Below the pieces are notes generated by a model, which was given only the letters and a program-made list of their open reading frames with translations, was not told where the DNA came from and searched no databases. A stretch of 64,000 nucleotides of DNA from the human T2T-CHM13v2.0 reference genome, Homo sapiens: assembly GCF_009914755.1 (NCBI RefSeq), contig NC_060925.1. The stretch is one strand, 5' to 3'. The position numbers were made by a program, and so were the translations under genes. This document shows, piece by piece, positions 1-22,683 of this stretch (positions are counted from its first letter, which is position 1; each line of letters starts with the position of its first letter).

Positions 1-476
1 AAAAAGAAAGAAAATCATATGTACACATCAAACTCATGACTTTATGGATATTATTCCTTAGGACAAGGATAAAGTTAAAAAAAATGTGATTTTTTTCTTT
101 TTCCTCTTCTGGGGATATTGTCTAGAGGCACTGAGAATGTTCCAGCATTTGACATATTGTCATAGGCTTTCCTACGGTACAGCCTCTAACAAAACTAGGC
201 TGTCCTGAGCCCCTCGTAATAGAATTGTTGACCTCTATACCTACAAAGTTGGGAAAGCACCAAAATCTGCATGTGGCGTGTGCCCAGGCAGACTTCAAGG
301 GGTTCATGTTGTGAGGTCTAAAGTTCTTATGAGATTGTCCAAAACAAAAAACATGTCAGGAGGGCCTATGGTGGTTCCAGGTATGCTAAATGTGTTCGTG
401 GCAGGATCAAGCCTGCTTTCCTTATGCAGCAGCTAAAAATCCTTATGAAAGTGTTGAAGGCACAAGCACAGACTCA

Positions 477-1430
<954 letters not shown>

Positions 1431-1657
1431 GCTTTTTTTAAGAAATAAAAATTAATTAAAAGACTTTTAAAAAGAGAGTTAATCTAGAGAAAAATATTAA
1501 GTAGACAATGGCTCAAGAGGAATGACGATGTGGCAAAAGTTGTGACAAAAGTACACAAATGCTGTGTTTGGGAAACACACAGCTAGACACTCATCCAGAA
1601 AGGCCTGCCCAGACACGCTCAGCCCCAGACACGCTCAGCTCCAGCCACGCTACCCAC

Positions 1658-1781
1658 CTGCTTGATGGGGTAGAGGGAGCCCACCCTCTGGGTGCCGCTG
1701 TAGGTCAGCCAGTTGGTGATCTCGCAGCTTCCCACCAGCCACTGGCGGCCCCGGAAGTCACTGTGTTCACATAGCACCCAA
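1658..1781 (-). CDS. CRYBG2: CRYBG2 exon 17, Greek key 12 (WVLCEHSDFRGRQW...GSLYPIKQ); gene continues left of the window
   Basis: cccag|T TGG...CAG|GTGGGT, 124 nt. Traced exons total 1526 codons, leaving ~135 aa for the C-terminal lectin domain if the recalled length of 1661 aa is right. Confidence 0.95.
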
Positions 1782-2182
1782 CTGGGCCCAGCAGGTGTCA
1801 GGGACACAGAGAAGAGCACAGACACACAGACAGACAGACAGGTGGAGGAGGAGACACAGACGTCAAAACGTTCTCCACCTCCTCTTCTCCCATGCAGGGA
1901 TTCCTCTGCCTGGAATAGGGTTCCCAGGGCGGAGAGGGAGGCTGGGAAGTAGATTTGGGGTTTTCAGGGTAAAGAAGGATCCTGAGAAGCCCACCAAGCT
2001 GGGGTCTAAGCCCTGAGAGCCAGTGACCCTTCTCAGTCCGCACTTCTCCCTCCTTCCTGGCTTGGAGGGGAGTGGGGGAAAAGTGGGGAGGGGAAAGAGG
2101 CCAGAGACCCCCAGGATCTCTGTCTTGCCATGACTCATCCCCACCAGCAGCCACCGCACCCATGCTTCCCCTCAGCACTCAC

Positions 2183-2322
2183 ATGCCCCCCTTGATCCGC
2201 ACAGACAGCACATGGTTGTTGAAGCCCTCGGCTTGCAGGCTCCGCACCTCCCTGCTGAGCTCGATCTCCTTCCCCTCGAAGCACTCGAGTCCATACAGGA
2301 AAATGGAAGGCTCTGAAAAGTG
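2183..2322 (-). CDS. CRYBG2: CRYBG2 exon 16, Greek key 11 (HFSEPSIFLYGLECFEG...SVRIKGG)
   Basis: cccag|CAC...GGC AT|GTGAGT, 140 nt. Confidence 0.95.
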
Positions 2323-2620
2323 CTGGGGCCCAGGAGACAGAAGAGGGTGAGGCTCTGAGAGCCCAAGTCCCAGACGCAGCCCCACAATCCCAGACACCCT
2401 GACTCCCAGATCTGTATGTTAGGCCTTCTTCCCTCCTGAGCTCAGTTCTGCAGGGCCACTGATTCTTGGACGCTGCCAGCCGAGTGCTCCTGATTCTCAG
2501 AGGCAGTAAGCGCTAGGCTGGGTCCCCAGTTTCCCCCTCAAACCTCCTCTCCAGTAAATAGCACTTCTCAGAACTAACCTGGCACTCTGAGCCAGGATGG
2601 AAACCTGGGGCTTATTCTAG

Positions 2621-4336
<1,716 letters not shown>

Positions 4337-4940
4337 TAAGCATCACCTGTTCTGACTGGGTACTGCCCCCACTGGCCACACAGTCACCAAGTCCTACAGA
4401 TGCTAGCCCCTTATTGTGGCCCCGTCACTTCCATCCATCTCTTCCTAGGTGGAGGACATCACAATTCATTCTGGGTCATTGTAGCAGCAACCCCACTGCC
4501 TTGCCCCTTCTCACTGGTCTGCGGCTGGCAGGGCCATCTTTCTAGCTGGTCCTGTCACTCCTCCCTGCATGGAACATCACCTTGGCAGCACTGGCCCCTG
4601 CCCCACCCAAGCCCTGAGTGTTAGTCCCACCATCCCCGCACCACTTCTGTATCTGGATGCACCACTCTGCATGTAATCTTTATGTCTATGGGATCATGGG
4701 TTCCTTACAGGCAGGGCTGTGTCTGATTTCTTTCCATGTCCCCAGGTCCTCTCTCAGTGGGTGCTCAATGAAGAGCTAGCAAACTAAACTGGCTTTACAG
4801 CCCCAGAGTCAAGGGGACCTGGGGCAGTTCTAAAAACACTGGAATCAACCCCTGCACCAGCACACAGGTTCTGTGTCCAGAAGTCCCACAGCAGCAACTT
4901 CTGCTTCCGGGATTGCCTGGAACCAGACATGGAAACTCAC

Positions 4941-5070
4941 CAGGGATACCTTCTGGAGAGAGCCCAGGACTGTGGAGGCGAGGCAGCCCATGGCCGTGAG
5001 AGTGGGGAACTCGCCCTCAGAGAGAATGTGCTGGTCACCCTCGAAGTTCGTCTCATCAAACAGGATCCAG
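4941..5070 (-). CDS. CRYBG2: CRYBG2 exon 15, Greek key 10 (WILFDETNFEGDQHILSEGEF...SLQKVSL)
   Basis: ccctag|C TGG...CTG|GTGAGT, 130 nt. Confidence 0.96.
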
Positions 5071-5477
5071 CTAGGGAAGGGGAAGAAATGGAGGGTATCT
5101 GAGCCTACCTGTCCTTGGCCTGCCCAGGTTCCCCTGAGATACAGAAGAGGGAATGCAGACTTGATCATGATCCCCTGTCCCAGGGGAGGTGGGATGAACA
5201 GGCACTACAGCAGCAGGGAATGAGGTCAGACCTAAGAAAAGACTGAATGAAATCATACTGCCCCTATGGAGGGGAATTTGGCAATATTAGGCAAAACTCC
5301 ATGAGTAATTACTCAGCAATCTCATACCTAGGAATCCATCCCAAGGACACCCTTTGAAAACATGAAATAACACATGCAGGGGGCTATTCATTATGGCACT
5401 TCTGCAATAGAAAAGGGGGGAAGCAGCCCAGATGTCCATCAATAGGGGATTGGAGCTGAATAAATTAAGAAAAAGTG

Positions 5478-9075
<3,598 letters not shown>

Positions 9076-9540
9076 AAGGACCTTATTTGGATGCTGAGAA
9101 AAACAAGTTAATTTCACAAAGGCATTTTTGAGACAATGGGAGAAATCTGAACACGGACTGGGTATTGGGTAATATGAATAAATTGTTATTAATTTTATTA
9201 GATGTGATAATGACTTGTAGCTACGTGGGGAAAATGTTCTTTCATATTAGAGACACACGTTGAAGTGTGTACCCATGAAATTTTACGTTGGGTCAGGGAT
9301 TTAAAATACTCCACCGAAAATTTAAAAGAGCACACGGATAGAGGAAACAAGATTTATCTTTATATTATACAATCTACAGTTTTACATTTTCCATTAAAAC
9401 CTTATTTTGTTTTAAAATTGCGCAAGACAGAACAGTTCATCGCAAGGTAGCCAAAGGAAGGAAATCATTTGAAAGACTCTCCTCCTGCAGCCCCGCCTCT
9501 GCCCCAGCGCCCCCAGCCCTCCGCCCCTCCACGTTCTCAC

Positions 9541-9653
9541 CTGCCGCCGTGGACCCGGCAGGACTGAGGTCGGAAGGAGGCGGGCAGAGCGGCCTGGTCA
9601 TCTTCGAAAGAGAAGTGGTCGCCCAGAAAGTCGGGGCGGGAGAAAAGCTGAAT
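9541..9653 (-). CDS. CRYBG2: CRYBG2 exon 14, Greek key 9 (IQLFSRPDFLGDH...SCRVHGG)
   Basis: ccag|ATT...GGC AG|GTGAGA, 113 nt; hand-translated. Confidence 0.94.
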
Positions 9654-9783
9654 CTGGAGGCAGAGAGGGGAGATGAGGGGAAGGAGGACGATGGAGTGGG
9701 GCCGAGAACAGCGGGGAGGGGAAAGGTCTGAAATGAGGGGAGAGACGTGAGCCCAGCGGCTCCCTGCGGAGTCCCTGCCTTAC

Positions 9784-9816
9784 CTTTGAGACGAAGTGCA
9801 GATCGTGCTCCCCGAC
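9784..9816 (-). CDS. CRYBG2: CRYBG2 exon 13, 33-nt linker micro-exon VGEHDLHFVSK
   Basis: ccttcag|GTC...AAG|GTAAGG, phase 0/0. Confidence 0.88.
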
Positions 9817-10051
9817 CTGAAGGTAGGGACCGAATCGAGAATTAGGGAGGGTGCCGGCCCCTAGCCTTGTCTTCTCTAGGTTTCAGTACCGTCCACCCCG
9901 CGGCCGCGCCCTCGGCCCCGCCCCCTTCTAAGGCCCCGCCCCAAGCGCCCAGGCAGGTCCTCCAGCCCGCTACCTCTGCGTGGGGGCGGGGCGCACCCGA
10001 ACTCCAGGTCCCGCCACCGGGGAGGCCCCGCCCCCCGCGGCCGGCACGCAC

Positions 10052-10178
10052 CTGTAGGACCGGCTGCAGCGAGGCGAGGGTGCTGTTGCCAGCGCCCCAG
10101 TCCTCGCAGTTACGATACACGCCCTTCTCCAGCACGTACTGTTCCCCGGAGAAGCCCACCTCCTGGTAGGCCACCCAC
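10052..10178 (-). CDS. CRYBG2: CRYBG2 exon 12, Greek key 8 (WVAYQEVGFSGEQYVLEKGVY...SLQPVLQ)
   Basis: gcag|G TGG...CAG|GTGCGT, 127 nt. Confidence 0.96.
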
Positions 10179-10286
10179 CTGCAGGAAGGGCGGGGCGCGA
10201 GTCAGCTGGGACGGAGCCTGCACCTCTCCTGGAACCGCCCCCGGCTCGCCCGGGCCCGCCCCGCTCCCGGAGCCCGGGTCACTTAC

Positions 10287-10426
10287 ACGCCGCTGAGCAC
10301 GTGGATGGCCTGTGTGTTGGGGCCGTGTTGCACCAGCTCCACATCCGGCAATGCCTTGCTCACCTCCACGCCGTGCCCCTCGAAGTCCATGGCCTCAAAT
10401 AGCACGACGGCCGGGTCCCCGAAGTC
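10287..10426 (-). CDS. CRYBG2: CRYBG2 exon 11, Greek key 7 ([17 protein letters not shown]...AIHVLSG)
   Basis: cag|GAC...GGC GT|GTAAGT, 140 nt; hand-translated. Confidence 0.94.
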
Positions 10427-10698
10427 CTGGGTCCCCAGGGACAGTCAGGTCTCTCCCGCCCACAAACCGAAACCCCTGGGAGTGCCCAGACCCCAGGGTC
10501 ACAGCCCACCCGGGGAATTAGGGGTGAGGCTGTCAGTACGACCTGGAGAAGAGCAGCAGGGGAAGAGAGGCTAGACCTCTGGGAACACTTACAGGGAGAA
10601 CACGGAGAGGGGGTACAAATTCTTCCCTCCACAAACTGTACTGGGGGAGGTCTGGCTGTGGCCAGAGGCAGAGGGATGGGCCAATTGCCTTTGCTTAC

Positions 10699-10825
10699 CG
10701 TCCGGATGACCCGGAGGGAGGTCAGCAACTCGTCATAGCCTCCCCAGTGTGACCAGTCTGGGTATTCCCCCTCCTCCAGCAGATACTGGTGGCCCCGGAA
10801 GCCCTCCTTCTCGTAGCCCACCCAG
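10699..10825 (-). CDS. CRYBG2: CRYBG2 exon 10, Greek key 6 ([21 protein letters not shown]...SLRVIRT)
   Basis: cag|C TGG...ACG|GTAAGC, 127 nt; textbook beta-crystallin motif. Confidence 0.97.
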
Positions 10826-10983
10826 CTGGGAAAAGCAGGAGGACAGACAGGCAGGTTCAGTCATAGGAGGCCCATGGATGAATGAGACAGCTGTCCCCAC
10901 CCCTACGCAGCCCAGGTCACTCCCCACTCCCAAGGGTAAAGGCCAGAGGTGATGAAATAGAAGGAAGGGTCCTGAGTTCTCAC

Positions 10984-11120
10984 CAGCCTCCGAGAACTCT
11001 CAGGGACCCCACAGAGGCCAGGTGGGGGCTCTGGCTGTCCTCTGGCTGCTGAAGGTTGTAGATGTCTCGGCTCACTTCCCAGCTGCGGCCCTGAAAGCCT
11101 GGGGCCTCATACACCACAGC
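10984..11120 (-). CDS. CRYBG2: CRYBG2 exon 9, Greek key 5 (AVVYEAPGFQGRSW...SLRVLGG)
   Basis: cccag|GCT...GGC TG|GTGAGA, 137 nt; hand-translated. Confidence 0.94.
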
Positions 11121-11457
11121 CTGGGGGAAAGGGGCTGTCAGGAGTCATCTGGACCCAAACACACCCAGCCAGCTCAGGAATGGCTCTGCCCAGCATCAGG
11201 CCAATGTGGCACCCCCCAGCCCTCCCACCTCCTTGCTGAACTCCATCCCCTTACCCAATTCCTATCTCTACTCTGACCTCTGACCTTCTTACACATCAAA
11301 AGCCAGTTCCCAGTGAGCCCATCAGGTCCCATCCCCCCAGACCGTGCTTCTGGCCCCCAGTGCCCTCCTCTCTGGATTTCCTGTCCAGACCACGATAACC
11401 AAACACCTGCACCCCGCCACCAAAGGCCCTCTTTGGCTCTTAAGCCCAGACTCTTAC

Positions 11458-11493
11458 CCTGGGCTCCCCTGGCTTCTCCACACTTGGGCAGCC
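11458..11493 (-). CDS. CRYBG2: CRYBG2 exon 8, 36-nt linker micro-exon GCPSVEKPGEPR
   Basis: ctctgcag|GGC...AGG|GTAAGA, phase 0/0. Confidence 0.88.
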
Positions 11494-11796
11494 CTGCAGA
11501 GGAGACAGAGCTGAGACACCAGCCCAGAGATGGGAAAGACAGATGGGGCTGCGGATCTAGGATTTTCCTGATCCTGAGAACCCCAACCCCATGTCTTCCC
11601 TTTTCCCCTACCTCTTAGGTTAATCCCTACCTCTCCTCCCACTCCCATTCCCAATAGAAGCTCCCAGGAAGCAGTCTCCAAGGGGTGCTGTTTTACACTT
11701 CATCCCCCATCCCTTCCCACAGACTGCAGGACCAGCTACTTGGGACCAGGGGCAGAGCCTAGACCTCCTGGCCTGTGGGTGTGCCCTGTTCTTTAC

Positions 11797-11923
11797 CAAT
11801 CTCATGGGCTTCAGGGAGCCCACGCTGGGGTCCGATGTGCCCCAGGCCTCTGAGGTGGGGTACTCTCCAGGTTCCAGGATGTAGGGAGTGTCTTCGAATA
11901 ATGGTTTGGGGTACAGTAGCCAC
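11797..11923 (-). CDS. CRYBG2: CRYBG2 exon 7, Greek key 4 (WLLYPKPLFED...GSLKPMRL)
   Basis: tag|G TGG...TTG|GTAAAG, 127 nt. Confidence 0.95.
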
Positions 11924-12735
11924 CTAGGGGAAACAGAGAGGCTGCTGCACCCTAGCAGAGAGACTTCAAGGGACACAGATTGGTGGGCGGGAGGGAAGGT
12001 TTAGAGTGGAAAAGGAGGTTTTCTGGGGAGGTTCCCATCAGTCTCGTATAATCTCTTGCAGTAGCCACATTGGTCTCCCTTCCTCTGGCTTTGCCTTCTC
12101 TAATTTCACACAGCAGCTGGAGCATTTTTCTCTAGCATGCATGGAAAACTGCTTCAATAACCCCAGTAGTTCCCTGTTAGCCTCACAATAAAGCCCGGCT
12201 ATGCAAAGAGGCTCTGCAATCTGGCCTCTTCCTTCTCCCTGGGCCTCAGTTCTTCCCACTTGTTGCTTATGCTGGCTACACTGAAAATTTGAAGCTTAGC
12301 TGTCTCCTCTCTGGGCCTTTGCATGTGCTATTCCCTCTGCCAGATATACTCTTTTCCCCATTTATTCAATTGACAAATATTTAGAAGCATCTGCTCTGTG
12401 CCAGACCCTGCTACAGGCATCAGGGATACAGTGGTGAACAAGCATACACAATCTCTGCCCTCATGGAGCTTAGATTCTTGGCCAACTCATCCCAGCATGG
12501 TGTCTCCTCCTCCAGGAGGGTTTCTCTGACTTCCACACTCTGCCTCTCATGGTATGCTGTTTTTCTGTGCTCCCTCACCCCAAAACACTGAATTGCTATT
12601 GTCTGCTTACTTGCCTGTCCCCACCAGTGGACTGAGCACTCCTGAAGGCAGGAACTGTGTTCTGTCACCTCTGTGTCCCCAGCACCCAGCACAGTGAATG
12701 TCAAATGAGGGGATTCTAGAATAGACCAGACTCAC

Positions 12736-12875
12736 AGTCCTGCAGAGACGGTGGCAGATGCCACCTGCAGGGGCTTCTCCAGACCCTGGGAATTCTTCAA
12801 GGCCTCTGTTAGCTTCACTTGCTCCCCCTTGAGGCCCTCCTCAGAGAAGAGGCTGATTTCCGGGGTGCTGTAGTC
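12736..12875 (-). CDS. CRYBG2: CRYBG2 exon 6, Greek key 3 (DYSTPEISLFSEEGLKGEQ...SATVSAG)
   Basis: cag|GAC...GGA CT|GTGAGT, 140 nt, phase 0/2; hand-translated, not in the ORF track. Confidence 0.93.
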
Positions 12876-12911
12876 CTGTGGAAGGAGGGGGAAAATTAAA
12901 TATAGATAAAC

Positions 12912-16160
<3,249 letters not shown>

Positions 16161-16199
16161 TAGGCACTCGAGGCCGTCTCCCACCTCCAACTCACTCAC

Positions 16200-16329
16200 C
16201 CAGACAACCCTCCTTAGGGAGCCGATGCCTTGGGGACTCCACTTTGTCCCTGGGGTTCTGAGTTCCATGTCTCCTTCAGGCAGGACCAGCTTCTGACCCC
16301 GGAACTCTGGCTCTTCGTACAGCACCCAG
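16200..16329 (-). CDS. CRYBG2: CRYBG2 exon 5, Greek key 2 (WVLYEEPEFRGQK...GSLRRVVW)
   Basis: cag|C TGG...TGG|GTGAGT, 130 nt; crystallin WxxYExxxFxG and SLR motifs. Confidence 0.96.
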
Positions 16330-16492
16330 CTGTGGGCACAGAGATTCCAGGATCACAGATGGGGAGGAGGATGTGCCCAGGGCTGCTGGGTAGCTGATGG
16401 GGTTTCTCCCAGGCTGGACTGGTCACTCCTCACTCCCCTCTGCATCCCCCCAGGTTCACAGCCAAGTGCCTTGCTGGGCACTCCCCACTCAC

Positions 16493-16605
16493 CAGCCTCG
16501 AACTACCCTTATGGAGGCTACGGGGGCCCAGCCTGAGGCATCAACGATGTCTCCCCAGACCTCCCTGCCACTGCCTTGGCAGCCAGACTCTGAGAAGAAG
16601 ATCAC
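16493..16605 (-). CDS. CRYBG2: CRYBG2 exon 4, Greek key 1 (VIFFSESGCQG...SIRVVRG)
   Basis: cag|GTG...GGC TG|GTGAGT, 113 nt, phase 0/2. Confidence 0.95.
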
Positions 16606-16691
16606 CTGAGAAGGCACAGAAGGGGTCCTCAGGCCCTGACCCCAGGCCCCTGCATCCTGCTGCCCCCACCCACTTGCCCCCACAACCCTAC

Positions 16692-16739
16692 CTTTCCAGG
16701 CCTGGTGTTCAGCTTGCCCTGGGTCTTTAAGGCTGGGCT
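16692..16739 (-). CDS. CRYBG2: CRYBG2 exon 3, 48 nt, linker SPALKTQGKLNTRPGK
   Basis: tttcag|AGC...AAG|GTAGGG, phase 0/0; the NxRPGK motif precedes the first crystallin domain in AIM1-family proteins. Confidence 0.93.
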
Positions 16740-17190
16740 CTGAAACGGAGGCAGGTGATAAAGAAGTCCTGTGGGGTCACCTCTTTTCTGCCTCCCCACA
16801 ACCCGCCATTCCAAGGATCCCACATCCTCCCTATTAACCTCCACCCGCAAGGAGCTGGCGCATAGAGGATGCTCACACTTGTTCCCAACCCCCAAGGGCC
16901 TCATCACCCTGTCCCAGGAGCTTGGTGCTCATCACCCGCCTTCCTCAGCTCCCAGGATCTTGGAGCCCCCACACCCTTTGGAATCCACAGTACAAACCTC
17001 CCACAGTAGGGATAGGGATAGGGAGATTGAGGCCCAGAGAGATGTGGCTTGCACAGGTCAACTGAACCAGACTTCAGACAGAAGCCTCTGCCCCCAGACT
17101 CTGACTCCCAGCACCACTCTCTTCACACCACTCAAGCCTTGACCCAGGTGAGGCCAGGCACCTCCCTTGCCCACCCGAGGCCTCACTTAC

Positions 17191-20103
17191 CCACCCCTCC
17201 AGGGGCAGGGAACAGGCAAGCTTCTCCGTTGGGGATGATCTTTCACTGCAAAGCAGGGGCAACTGTCCTGGCACCTTCCTGAGCCCCGGTGCCCCATGGG
17301 GCAGCAGAGCAGATAGTTTTGTGCCCAGCGGTTCCGGGGTGGAGGCCTCCTTGGCGGTAGGCACCAGACTGCCGAACAGAAGGCTGCCTCCAAGACGGGA
17401 AGTGGGCCTGCTGCCTCCCTGCAGTTCCAATCCCAGCTCTGAGTGGGGGCCCTTGGTTCCTGCTACATGCTTCTTCATCATCTCCAGAGGAGAGCAGGAG
17501 ACCTGGGTGGGTCTGGCAGGGTGGAGGTCCCTGGAGGGGCTGGGCCCAGCTTTCTCCTGCCTGCGCTGGAGCTTCTCATCGTCACTCAGATAGGGGTTCT
17601 CTGGTTCCTCCTCCTCCTCCTCCTCTTTCTCTTCCAGTGAAGGCACCTCCTGGGGTCCGGGGCCCAGCACCCATGGCCCCAGCTGGTCCTCCTCAATGGC
17701 AGGCAGTGTGGCGTACATGGACAGGTAGGAGGAGCGAGGGGCTCGTGGCAGCCGGTGAGTGCGGAGGATCTCAGGGGGCTCCATGCTCCGCAGCGTATCC
17801 AGGAATATCTCCAGGTCAGCGGCCAGGGCCACCTCATCCTCCTCCCTTGATGTCTCTGTGCACGTCTTGCCCTCGGTGGGATCAGAGACAAGCTGGGACT
17901 CCGTGCTGGCCTCTGCTCCTGTTGGCACTGGGGCAGGGGTGCCTCCTGGGCTGGGGGACACCCTGTCCACTGAGGAAGATGGGGCAGGGAGAGCATCAGG
18001 GTCCTGCACAACCTCTTTCTGGGTGAGAGATGAGATGGTGCTCCCTTCAGAGTCCTGGACCCCCTTATCCTGTTTGGGGAGTGAGGTGGCAGGAGCAATT
18101 GGGCCTTGAACAGTCTCTTCCTTGGTGAGGGGCGGGGCAAGGCTGCCTGCAATACCCTGGACAGCCTCTTTTTGGATGCTACTGCTGCCTTTTGGGCCCT
18201 GGGCAACCTCAGTTGACTTGGGGGACAAGGCAGCAGGAGCACCAGACCCCTGCACCACCTCCTTCTGGGTGGGAGATGAGGCAGCAGGAGCACAGGGGCC
18301 CTTCACAACCTCTTTCTGGGTGGGCGATGAGGCAGCAGGAGCACCAGGGCCCTTCACAACCTCTTTTGGGGTGGTGGACAAGGCAGCAGGAGCACCAGAC
18401 CCCTGCACCACCTCCTTCTGGGTGGGGGATGAGGCAGCAGGAGCACCAGGGCCCTTCACAACCTCTTTCCAGGTGGGAAATGAGGCATCAGGAGCACCGG
18501 GGCCCTTCACGACCTCTTTCCAGGTGGGGAACAAGGCAGCAGGAGCACTGGACCCCTGCACCACCTCCTTCTGGGTGGGAGATGAGGCAGCAGGAGCACC
18601 AGGGCCCTTCACGACCTCTTTCCAGGTGGGGGACGAGGCAGCAGAAGCACTGGACCCCTGCACCACCTCCTTCCGGGTGGGAGATGAGGCAGCAGGAGCA
18701 CCGGGGCCCTTCACGACCTCCCTCTGGGTAAAGGGGAGGACAGGGACATTTTCAGAGTTCTGAACAAACTTATTCCTTGGGGACGATGGAGCAGAAAGAC
18801 CTCCTGGGCTGGGGACATCCTTCCTTCTTGTAGTGGATGGAGCAGGAGGTTGTCCAGGGACTGTCACATGCTCGCTCCTCACCATGGGCAGGACGGTGGC
18901 AGCAGGGGGGTCCACGGGCCCGTCCTTTTTTTTAGGGGGCAGAACAAGGGGAGTGAGCCGGGCCCCGGGGTGAGTGGGCACCACAGGCTGCTTTGCAGGG
19001 TGAGTTAGGCCAGGAGAGGGGACATGGGTCTCGAGTCTGGGAGAGGAGGGGACTGATGCTTGACCCTGAGAAGTCTGGAGAGGGAGCTCAGTGGAACTGG
19101 GGGCTCCCAGCACCTGCCAGAGCTCACAGGCCCTGGCATCCGGGGCTCTGCCCTGGTCTCTGTCCGGACAGGCTGCAGGGGCATCCTGATTCTTAGGCAG
19201 GTGAGCACTGGCTGGGATGCCTGTAGAGGCCAGGGCAGAGCTGTCTTTAAGCTCTGCTGTCCCGGTCTCAGGCAGCTGCCTCAAGGCTGCCCCCACTGTG
19301 CTGCCCAGACCTGTGCTCCTTGGCCCGCCAGCCGTGGGCCTGGGCAGGTGACTGGCAGGGGGGCTGTGCCCAGCAGGCACGAGGTTACTTAGCACTTTCA
19401 CGGCCTGGCTGCGGCTGGGCGAGCCTGGTGGGGAGCCCACCACCACTGGCGGCACCATGCGGGAGACCTGACGGCCCCGTGGCAGGGCCTCGCCTGAGGA
19501 CACTGGCCTCACAGTCACAGAGCTGCTCATCCGCCGGTCCACATGACCTCCCACCACTGTGGTGGTCCGCACAGTGCGTGTCACTCGGTATTCCTCGAGG
19601 CTCCGGGAGCTACCACTGGTGAGACCTACACCTGGGTGGGGACTTGGCTCTCGGGGCCCAGGCAGGGGAACCAAAAGCTCAGTCCTGGCCATAGCTCCCA
19701 CACATGGGGGCTCAGTCCTGGGAGCTTGGCGGCTGCCATCACTCTGGTCCACAGCCTCCTTCAGCCTCCCCTCAGGCCTTTTCTCCTTGGGAGGTGGTAT
19801 GTACTTCTTGGAAAAGATGGGTCCATGGCTCTGGAAGTTCTTGGAGCCAGCTGTATCCCGAGGGCCCTGGCAATTCACAGTCTCTTCTTCCTGTGTTGCA
19901 AAGCCATTGACTTCCACTTCCTCTCGACGGCTGAACTCAAACATCTCCTTCTGCGGGGCTTCCATCTGGGCCCCTGACACCAGGGACACCTTGTGAAAAC
20001 CATGTTTGATCTCTTCCTGGGTGGGGGGCCACTGCCGCCATGTCAATGTGGCACTTACCACTTGGGCCTTGGCCCGGGCCATGGGCCCACCTGCCTCCTC
20101 CAT
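17191..20103 (-). CDS. CRYBG2: CRYBG2 large coding exon (exon 2; exon starts at 20158, ATG at 20103): 971-aa Pro/Ser/Ala-rich disordered N-terminal region MEEAGGPM...LPLEGW
   Basis: 1014-aa ORF in the track. Acceptor ttattcctctgcag|G at 20158, donor TGG|GTAAGT at 17191 (phase 0). Splices in frame to the crystallin exons. Protein recognised from recall. Confidence 0.96.
18220..18729 (-). repeat. Coding tandem repeat, 10 x 51 bp (17 aa, T-x-K-E-V-V-[KQ]-G-[PS]-[GS]-A-P-A-A-S-S-P), with ~5 degenerate units continuing to ~17975
   Basis: Visible in both DNA and translation. Confidence 0.97.
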
Positions 20104-20716
20104 GTGGGGCCCTGGCAACCTGTCTGGAGGTGTCCTTGTCCCACTGTGGTCCAGCTCCCTGCAGAGGAATAAGAGAGATGAGGGTCAGAGGGTGGTGAGA
20201 GTGGCTTCCTAAAGTGCAGAATAACCACCCCTACCCAAGTCAGGCTGGGAACCTCAGGCAAATCGCTTGGCCTTTTTGGGCCATTGCTTTCTCATCTGTG
20301 AAATGGGCATGGTAGTCTCAGCTCTGATTTGGTTGATCAGAGCCCCTCATCCATCCCTCTCCCTGACTTTCAGGTGATCTCCTAGGTCAGGGTCCTTCAA
20401 AGGTGAAGCTGAGGCCTGAGACCAGAAGGAGAGAAAAGGAAGAAGGCAGAAGGGAAGATGCAGCTGACCCACAGGTCTATAGGGGGGCTGGGACTCTGCC
20501 CACAGAGCCCTAGGTCTAGTCCCCCAGGAGCTGAAAACTAGAAAGCCGAAAACTGGGCAAGCGTTGTTCTAACTCTGTTCAGGGAAGATGGGCTTTGGCC
20601 TCAAGCAGAGCTGGGTTCCTTAGTTGCTCACTAACTGGCCATTTCTTCTGTTCAAGCATCAGGGTCCTCAGCCACAAAACTGGAGTCTTGCCAGAGTCCA
20701 GTAAGAGAAACAATGA

Positions 20717-22683
<1,967 letters not shown>

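Larger units (their letters stand above)
9480..10440. promoter_or_regulatory. Intragenic CpG island over CRYBG2 exons 11-14 with multiple GC boxes
   Basis: High GC, dense CpG in the introns as well as the exons, repeated CCCCGCCC/GGGCGGGG. Confidence 0.8.

Noticed and set aside
17074-17190. C-terminal tail VSEASGG...EASV of the 1014-aa ORF
   Set aside because: Intron read-through past the GTAAGT donor at 17190; the spliced product continues into the crystallin exons
18220-18729. Regularly spaced repeats that could be mistaken for a CRISPR-like array
   Set aside because: Contiguous in-frame coding units, no unique spacers, eukaryotic exon
18122-18763. 213-aa and 179-aa plus-strand ORFs
   Set aside because: Antisense shadows of the 51-bp coding repeat; a stop-free unit makes other frames open
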